A DNA stretch of 54,387 nucleotides, filler included, from Sphacelaria rigidula (lineage: Eukaryota), in NCBI GenBank assembly GCA_964200075.2. It is 5 parts of 5 records of this genome, joined end to end, with 100 filler letters (N's around TTAATTAATTAA, not from the genome) between each part and the next. Parts side by side here need not be neighbours in the genome. Positions count along the whole stretch, not along the records: positions 43,592 to 54,387 come from CAXNAA020005894.1; 4 more parts are not named here. The stretch is one strand, 5' to 3'. The notes beneath the pieces are model-generated. The model was not told where the DNA came from, did no database searches, and saw only the letters and a list, made by a program, of their open reading frames with translations. The position numbers were made by a program, and so were the translations under genes. The first letter of the stretch is position 1, and every line of letters begins with the position of its first letter. Positions 46,399-54,387 of this stretch are shown piece by piece.

Positions 46399-48960
46399 TC
46401 ATAATTCCCCTCTATCGAAATCCATTTAGCGAGTCTTCCCGTTTCTTCTCCTTGGGTGCGTCTATCTTGCGAGCACGGCCGCATTCGTAGCGGGGGGACG
46501 GGTCAGTAGATCCAAAGCTTTGGTCGTATATCTATGGTTGACAACATGTCTACTAATACTTGATTTTAGAATTTAGAAAGTTATGAGAAAATTTATGGTT
46601 CAGGGCAGGTGAGCAGTGGACCCAGCTCGTCCAGAAGATGTTTTTGTCGAAATCGGCGCCTGCAGCGTCGATTTCAAGTCTGCCGACGCACACTCGCTTT
46701 GGGGAACGAAACTATGCACCCCCCTTGCCCGAGGGTCTCGTACGCCGTGGGTCGGGGTTGGGGTTAGGGTCAGCGTTTCTGTGAGTTTGTTCGAAAAAGT
46801 CAACCATAGATATACGACCAAAACGTGAGGTTGCCTTGAATGAGTGCGCGGGTCAGCGGGGCGACTATCAGCCAATCGAATCACACACAGCCCACCGTTC
46901 ATCGGCAAGTACAAGGTACAACCGAGAACGGAATGCGATATGCCGCGGAAGGACCACAGATACAGAGAACGCATGATGGTGGTGCAATTTACAATGCGTG
47001 AACTCGTGGCAATGGCAGCCATAGCGTACGCCATTCACAAGTTCAGCCATTGACCCGCGGTCTGCGAACATGCCGTAGACTCTGGATTGCCAGGTACACA
47101 CAGAGGTAACAGTAGTCGTTTGTCGTTTGTCAACATACCACCTCGCCCGAAAAAACGGTCACCTCGTCAGGATGGCATCCTTGATGCACGGTAACAGAGA
47201 ATCAAAGAATCTGGGGGAGAAGGAGCACCGTTAGCAAAAGACCGTGACCCCCACTAGAGCAACGGAACGAGTAGCAGCAGGCAGCCGTTGTTCGGGCAAC
47301 CTCAAGCAACACCTCTACCGCCCCTCTGTTTACCCATGTGCTGATTCCAACCCCTTGCTCCTGCACGCTGGGTTTGTTCTCACTCCACCTTTGACGACAA
47401 AAATCCATGGTTGATGTTACGTCTTCAGTCGGATGAACTCATGACAATGTGTTAGCGATCACAGTGTCAGCTGAAGTACAGTACAACAGCACGTGCCCGA
47501 GACAATAACCCCGCAGCCCCAAACTAAGGCACATCCTGCAACACCTTCGTAGTTCTCATGCTATCTCTTAGGCTCTGGTGTAATGACCGCTATTTCGCCC
47601 ATGCGTACACACCTAGGCGCCTGCGGCTCTCTCCAAGCTTCGTGAAGTTCACCATTCCATTTGCTCGAACACTTGTAGAAGCCCCTTCAAATCCAGAGGC
47701 CGCCAGTACGAAGAAGCCGCCCGTAGACAACACCAAGGTTGTGGTGAGGCATTTCGAACTCACGGTAAACGCTCTACAATTCGCCTTTGAAGCCATTTCA
47801 GGTCGCCAATAGCTTGTCAGGTTTGCGGAGGCAGGTGGCGCCGGGTGTGACCTGTCTGGGGGGTACAGATGACTCCCGTTGTGCGCAATGCGCACAGCTG
47901 GGGGATCTGCACGATGAGTATCGTAGTCCGGTTGACTCAAAGGAACGAGCTGATGGATACGGAGCACCTCCCAACAAAGGAGGTCAGCGTGGTGCAGAGT
48001 GCGTCCTGCTGCAATTCGTGTAGCCCTGCGTGAATCCCGATCCTTCTCTGTCTGCTGTTGCACGTGATGATTCCGTGTACGCTTATGTTGTTCAGAAGTA
48101 CGTCGTGCTGTCGTGGGAAAGATACAGAGTGTATACTGGAAACACCATATGACATAAATAAGTACCGCGTTGAAATAGTTCATTGTACAAAAGGCATGAA
48201 AAAGGTGTTGGTCCCCCTCGGGTCCGCATGTGTAGCCGTGGCGTAGCTGCCATCAATGAATTACTGCAGAGCACAGAGTCACCTTAGCTAGGCGACTGGG
48301 CTCAAAATTCATCACTGAAAACGGTGAATCTGCTCCTAGAAAGGGGTGTCCAAAATGTGATCGCGAGCGGAGATTCACTGCTACTATCACCAACAGGGTT
48401 TGAAAAGCACCGTAATTGAGGACTTGCCGTAGCTGAGAAAGAGGGGAGGGTGCCGAGCTGGCTACTGCAACCGGCGACCGGCTGCTGCAGTCCTTCTGTT
48501 GGCTACGGCAAGCGTTGTTTCGCGCTTCGTACATGTGTCAGCTTCCCGGGTGAGAGCATAGCAAGAGGATAGACAGTATAATCGTAATTACTGCCATGCT
48601 CGAAGGGCGGCGGAGTATTGTGCTGTCGTGTGCATGGCGTGTGCCAAGAGATTGCAATCACACCAACAGAAAACGAAAGCCCACGCCAACAAGTACAGTC
48701 ACCACGTAGTTGGTGAATAATGTGAACCCTGATGCAGTACAGTACAGTGCTGACGAGCTGAGACGCGAAAAACGTACGGTGTTGCCGTCGAAACAGGCGT
48801 GTGTTGCATCAAATCATGCACCACATTGGGTCGCACTTTCTATCCTGCGGTACATACGTGACGATGTATAACACCCCCTTATCGCATGAAAATCAGCGTC
48901 CATTGCTCGAGAATCACAACTCAAGGTTCCCGAGGTATTCCGTGCATCGAGTTTGCTCAA

Positions 48961-49070
48961 CCCTTAGAATGCGAGGGTAGTCCATCTGAATCATCTGGAT
49001 TACAGTATGCATATATTTCATGTGAAATTGATGTCGATTCAACAGATGACCTACTCTCGCTGTCTAAAGG
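48961..49070. mobile_element. Diverged second copy of the piggyBac-like MITE
   Basis: CCCTTAGA..GCGAG at the left, shared core TGAAATTGATGTCG-TTCAACAG, and CTCGC-GTCTAA-GG at the right. A related end lies at about 43846-43866. Confidence 0.65.
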
Positions 49071-50109
49071 TTATTATTGACGATGCACCTTCCAGAGGTG
49101 GTGCGGATCGAGTTTGAATGATAATCGAGGCTGAGAGTTGTACCCAGGCGGTGTTATATTCACGCACAAAGAGCGTGTGGCNNNNNNNNNNGATCTCAGA
49201 CGACTCGTATCGGGGTAGGCGATCTCGTTTCCAGGTGCTGGTTGGTACGGGCCCATATTCTCTTGTCTCCGTTCTGCGGCGAAATCTCTCCGTCGATGCA
49301 ATGCAATCTACTTCCGCAGTTTTCAGATTACAGTGTCATTCGGTGGTGCTTTTGCTTTTGTCAGGGTTAAACTGTGTGTAGTGCCCTGAACGCATCGCAG
49401 GGGCAGGCGTCACACCTGCTAAGCTGATCGAGAAAAGGATGTAAACATCAAGTACGTAGCTTGTATTGATGGTTTCCGAGAACGTGGAGAGAAGAGTGAA
49501 GAAGGTGCCCATCTACATATCCACAGTACAGTACCATCATTCTGACAGTTACAGTAAGTTGAACCATAACCAACCACACCGACTATTCTGTGTCCGAATG
49601 ACAGGTTGCAACTATGACAAAGCCTCGATACTCTTGAACATTGACTACTACATAAATAGACAGATATAATTTCTTGACACTCCCCCTCAACGGAAATATC
49701 GTCTTGAAAAAATCATACTCCATCACGATCATCTTCGCGTAACATTAGTATAATGTAAGTTAACACACGATATACTCACATTGAGCGCACCATCTGACTA
49801 ATTTCAAAGTGCTTACGGACAGCAAATAAAAATATTTAAACGTCAAACGTGTAACACTACTGCTATGGTAAGCTATCCACTCCTTGTCTACACTAAAAAC
49901 ACTACCACTACTGTAAGCTATCCACTCCGTGTCGGTCGTGCTTTTGTCGTCGTCGTTGTCTTGCTCTTGACTGCTTCAACAGTCACGTCGGTGTTGGTCC
50001 AATCAGAACCTGACGATTTTTCTTTCAACAAATAAGACGCAAAAGTTACGAAGAAAGAAGGCACAAAGGGCAAGACACAAGAGGCATGGTCCTCCGCCCC
50101 AAACTGGCT

Positions 50110-50775
50110 CCCCCTTTGAAGCTGTTGGTTAGTTGAAAGAAACTTTGTTCTATTATCAGCTATTTGATTCTCTATTCCGATGTAATTACCTGTGATCTTC
50201 CCAGATTCCACCAGTTCCCTCATGTAAAGAAAAAGTGCAAAGCAATGTGTTTCTTCCTTCCGCGGAGAATGTGCTTCGTCCTTCCGCTGAAAATACGGTT
50301 GGCAATCACTTGAAAATTTGCTGTGTTGTCTAGGTAGATGGGTACAGTGTGGAATGATGATCCACATCCCATCTCAATAATCACATTAGAGCAATAGACC
50401 GCCTCCTTGATGGCAAGTGCTCCGGCAACCAGTTCCGCTTCCATCGTTGATTGTGCAGTTAAGTTAGTCCCTGCAGCCCGACTTTGAAACTACCCGGGGC
50501 TTCCGCCAGCATAATGATGTATGATGGCGTGGATTTGCAGTTGTCGGGATCGTTGCCACAGTTGGCGTCTGAAAATGCCGTCAAGTAGAATCCGCCCTTC
50601 TTGTAGCATATATTGTGGTCGATCGATCGAGCGAAATGTCGCAGGAGGTGTTATGCCGCAGCCATATGTGGAATTCTGGGCGCAGCCATGGCTCGAGCTA
50701 GCTGGTTGACGGCGTCCTGGATATCATAGCGAAGTACTTGTGCTAGGTACATGACTGAGCCAACAATTGATTTTT
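50110..50775 (-). pseudogene. Copia RT C-terminus and RNase H, disrupted
   Basis: SIVGSVMYLAQVLRYDI, AFSDAN, QSTMEAELVA, IYLDN, RTKHI and ENQIAD, with stops and frameshifts. Confidence 0.9.
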
Positions 50776-52112
50776 CATCGTTTTGTGTCCTCCTCGTTCA
50801 GCAGCTTCACCGGTTGTTTGATAGAAATCTCGGGAACAGTTCCAGTTGTGGTTGCAGGGTTGCACGTATCCATACCGAATCGTTGTAGAATACCCTTGGT
50901 GTACGGTGATTGATTTATGATGAGGTGTCCAAGAGTCCTGTCCTGGGTGACCTGCATCCCGAGAACTAAGGATACGTTACCCAAATCGGTCATTTTGAAC
51001 TTGGCCATTAATTTTCGTTTGAGCATAACTAAAATATTCTTGTCCTTTCCAGCGATTAATAGGTCATCCGCGTACAGTATGAGAATAGCAGAGACGTTTT
51101 CTTGCTTTTCCGTTTCCAAAGCCATCAACTCATCCAAGTGCTTCGAAATGTAGATATTTACACACGGGTCGGACTTGAGAGCCACAAGTACAATCTGCCC
51201 CAGGTATTTGTCCATAATAACCCACCAGTTTTGAGGCGACTGTCGGAGTACATACAAAGAACGACGAAGCTTCATAACGAGAGGAAAATCCGTCACAGGG
51301 TCCCTCTGCTCGAAACCAGGTGGTAGTTGCACGTACACGTCCTCTTCCAGCGGTGCATTCAGGGATGCCGTTTGAACATCGAGTTGAATGACGTCCAAGT
51401 CCAATGCAGCTGCCACTACTGATGCCATTCGAATGTTTTGTATGCGGCACGCCGGTGAGTCGATATTTCCACAGTCGCGTCCGGCCTCCTGCCACCAGCC
51501 TTGTCCAACTACTCGAGCCTTAGAAGTGTTCTCAGACTTGATCTTGTAAACCCACTTGGAGCCGATGCTTTTCAGGCCAGCCGGCATTTTGTGTTCCGAA
51601 ATTAGGTCGTAAACCCTGTTAATTCGAAGGCTGTCCATTTCCTTGGCCGTTGCAACTGTCCATTTCTCTGCTTGAGGAAGTTTCGTTGCTTCCTTGTACG
51701 TGATAGGTACGACGACAGTACTCTGTCCATCCGGAATCTGAAGCTGCGTGTTGCTAACCGTGTAAGTGTATTTGACGCAAGAGTTCATCCAATAGTTATG
51801 GGCAACATCAGGCATCACTGCGTCCATGTAAAAAGACTCGTTAAACTCGTGTACTACGTCAGTCTCCACAACAGTCGCATAGAATATCTGAGCGGAGTAG
51901 GCTAATCGTCTCAACTCGTTGCGAGTCTGGTCTGACAATTCACTGGTTTGAGATTCGGTAGCCTGTACGGCTTGGGAGTTTGAGCGCGAGCCTGTGCTCA
52001 CACGAGGCGTAGCTCTCACTCCGCCATCTGTAGAATCAATATGACGACCAGAGTCAGTATCAGTACCACTTTTAGTAAAGATGAAACCACCAGTGGACAA
52101 GGCCTGTAACAA
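50775..52112 (-). pseudogene. Copia reverse transcriptase (RVT_2) region
   Basis: IGSKWVYKIK, KARVVGQG, QLDVQTASLN, LRRSLYVLRQSP, LYADDLLI and MTDLG. Confidence 0.93.
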
Positions 52113-52268
52113 CGTGTGTAATTACTCGTCAGTTATGCGTTGTGAGCGTTCCACAGGGGCGTGAACGTTGCTGGTCGGAGACGCGTGCAGGTCGGGAGTA
52201 GATGTGTGTTGCCTAATATCGTCGAGGAAGTCGGTCTCGGAGTTGTAGTCAGATCCTCCCCCTCACGC

Positions 52269-53315
52269 CTAGTCTGTACCGAAGTCGATATTTTTATATC
52301 TGCTCGCCACCTGCGGTACATTTATTGCTGGGGTTTTGATGAGCACAACATTCCTGCTTTCAACGATTCTCCTTCTTTGGGCGTCCCACAGTCTCCAACC
52401 TTTGCTGCTGAAGGCATCACCCACCATGGCAGCCTCGTACGCCTTAGCCGCAAGCTTCTTGGTATGTACTTCAATGTGTACAAGCGCACGGGCGCCAATC
52501 ACACGAAGATGCGACAACTCGGGCTCAACCCCGTTGAGATGTTTAAATGGGGACTCCATGTTGAGCGCAGAGTGCGGAACGCGATTAGTCAGGTATGCAG
52601 CCGTGTAGGTCAATTCACTCCAGAGAAACGATGGGAGCCTGCTGTCCGCCAGCATGCATCGAATCATAGTAGCCAGCGTCCCTCCATCGCGTTCGGAAAT
52701 CCCAATCTGCTGGGGCGTGTTGGTGGCAGCAAACTCAATGCGAACTTCAGAGTTTGAACAGTATGTGTGAAAATCGTTTCCCATGTACTCCCCTCCTTGG
52801 TCAGCACGGAGTCGCTTAACACCGGCTCCACGTGGGATCACTCCCTTTTGGATGAAAGTCTGGGATGTCTTCAGAGCATGGCCCTTTGACTGCGTGAGAT
52901 ATACGTACTTCGATCGCGTCAGAAAGTCTGTCAACTTGCTGGTGTATTTAAATCCTCTCATTGCTTCTGGGGTAATCGGTGCCATCATACCACCATTTAT
53001 TAGTTCGTACGGACGAGATACACTGTAGACGTAGACGGCAGTCTTGGGGTGAGCCTGTTGTTTACTTTTGCTCAACGCACAAGAGTCGTACGGAGAAAGA
53101 TTCCCCGTGAAAATCACCCCATTCCCGTCGATGCCTCGCAGAGTGTTGAGTGTCTTGCTAGACACGAGGCGGAGACGCCGGTGCCACAATTCTGCGTCCG
53201 CTGTTGTGAACATGGCCACTGTATTTGTTGTTTCCCCTTCGATTAAGGCCACCTGCTTTCCTGTACCCGCGCCGGCCGCACGATCCACGCGTATGATGAA
53301 GTAGACCGTGGTCAT
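52269..53315 (-). pseudogene. Copia GAG-pre-integrase and integrase core
   Basis: ELWHRRL, CALSKS, LRADQGGEY, TPQQIGISER, LWSELTYTAAYLTNRVP and ESRNVV. Confidence 0.93.
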
Positions 53316-53736
53316 GGAGGAACTGTTTCAGGGGTAGCTGGAAAGACGCGATTTCCAATCGTGGATTCGCCGGTTCGAACACGACGTTGATTCCTCTTGT
53401 GTGTCGGACGGAGAACAAATGGCGCCCCAGACCTGGTACTACATGAGATGGGAGAGATACTTCGTGAGAGACACCATGCTGGTCTGTCACCGTTCCTAGG
53501 ACAGTAACTGAAGCTGTAGCATTTGAAAAATGTCTACCGGCCGCAGATATTTGAAGGGGATTGGGCAAAGCTGTGTAGTCGGGAAAATTCTCAAATAAGC
53601 CAGGATTCAAACAGTTATCAAGAAAGTTGTCGGTTGTCCTGCTGTCAACCAGTAGGGAGAGTAGAGTGTCAGAAGCCAGCAAAGTCACACCCATGGTGGG
53701 ATGTACTGTTCTACTGTCCTTGGCTCCCTCAATCAC
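53316..53736 (-). pseudogene. Copia protease-like region
   Basis: LLVDSRTTDNF (degenerate DSGA motif) and VVPGLGRHLFSV. Confidence 0.7.
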
Positions 53737-54387
53737 TACATATGAACTCCGCGGCGACCCCCTCGTCCCGGTCGAACCTCTGATCCTCCGCTGCCACCTG
53801 ATCGGTAGTTGGCTCCCTCTCCCCCGAGCGGCTGAAGATGTACCTGGTTGCCACCGTGTGCCCCCAGGTGCCCATAACGTCCGCTCTCTGGGCCACCTCG
53901 ATGTCGTCGTTCGTGAGCTGGAGCACCTTGAAGACCATGATGCCGCCTGTGGCGAGATAGCCGGCCATGGCGGGCACGACCGTGGCCGGGCGCACGCCCG
54001 CTGCAGTCATTCTGGCAGCGTACAGGGTGGTGTGCCTGCGGATCAGGATCCTATACCAGGGAGTCTGGCGGGCATTACATTGCCGGCCGCGTCGCTAGAC
54101 GCCCCCGTGGCGCCGGCTGTCATTGGGATCCACTACGCCGATTCTGGGATGCTGGTGACCAGGTGGATCGGCTCGATGTCATCGGGGCTCCCGTTCCTCA
54201 AGTCGAGTCCCGCCCCGCCTCTCAACAACTCCCTCGGTTGATGACCTATCACTTGTTTTTGGCACTATCTTGGCACCTACAGCACGGTACTACTGTCTGT
54301 ACAGGGCGGGATACATGGTATACCCCCCCCCCCCCCCCCCCCCCCCCCCCGCCCCCACCCCCACCCGCCCCCCCCCCCCCGCCCCCC

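Larger units (their letters stand above)
49200..54240 (-). mobile_element. Degenerate Ty1/copia LTR retrotransposon
   Basis: Minus-strand order is protease-like, GAG-pre-integrase/integrase, RT, RNase H. PPT TGAGGGGGAG (49689-49680) is followed by TG at the start of the 3' LTR (49679). The far LTR end and the 5' boundary are not resolved. Confidence 0.92.

Noticed and set aside
54322..54387. Long poly-C tract
   Set aside because: It lies at the contig end and is probably a low-quality homopolymer extension.

Overview
Eukaryotic, intron-rich, repeat-dense genomic DNA, most likely from a brown alga (Phaeophyceae). This is inferred from the EsV-1-7 repeats, the intron style and the transposon types. 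The window is not one locus. It is five contigs of almost identical, non-increasing length (10799, 10799, 10797, 10796, 10796 bp) joined by artificial N44-TTAATTAATTAA-N44 linkers, so adjacency across gaps carries no information. Host genes: one apparently intact 7-exon class II-type (HDAH/AcuC-like) histone deacetylase (35577-42309, +), one isolated exon of a SpoU/TrmH-family RNA methyltransferase (10025-10233, +), and a disabled EsV-1-7 cysteine-rich repeat gene (12270-14309, -). Most of the remaining interpretable sequence is mobile DNA: a degenerate Ty1/copia element, a DIRS-type (RT-RNaseH-tyrosine recombinase) relic, LINE 3' fragments, three tRNA-derived SINE types, several hAT elements with 8-bp TSDs, a PIF/Harbinger-like MITE, a ~100-bp piggyBac-like MITE and several long foldback hairpins. 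The most striking observation is that two different hAT elements have inserted within 4 bp of the same site in two separate copies of one MITE family. All family assignments come from motif recognition by eye; no database searches were run.
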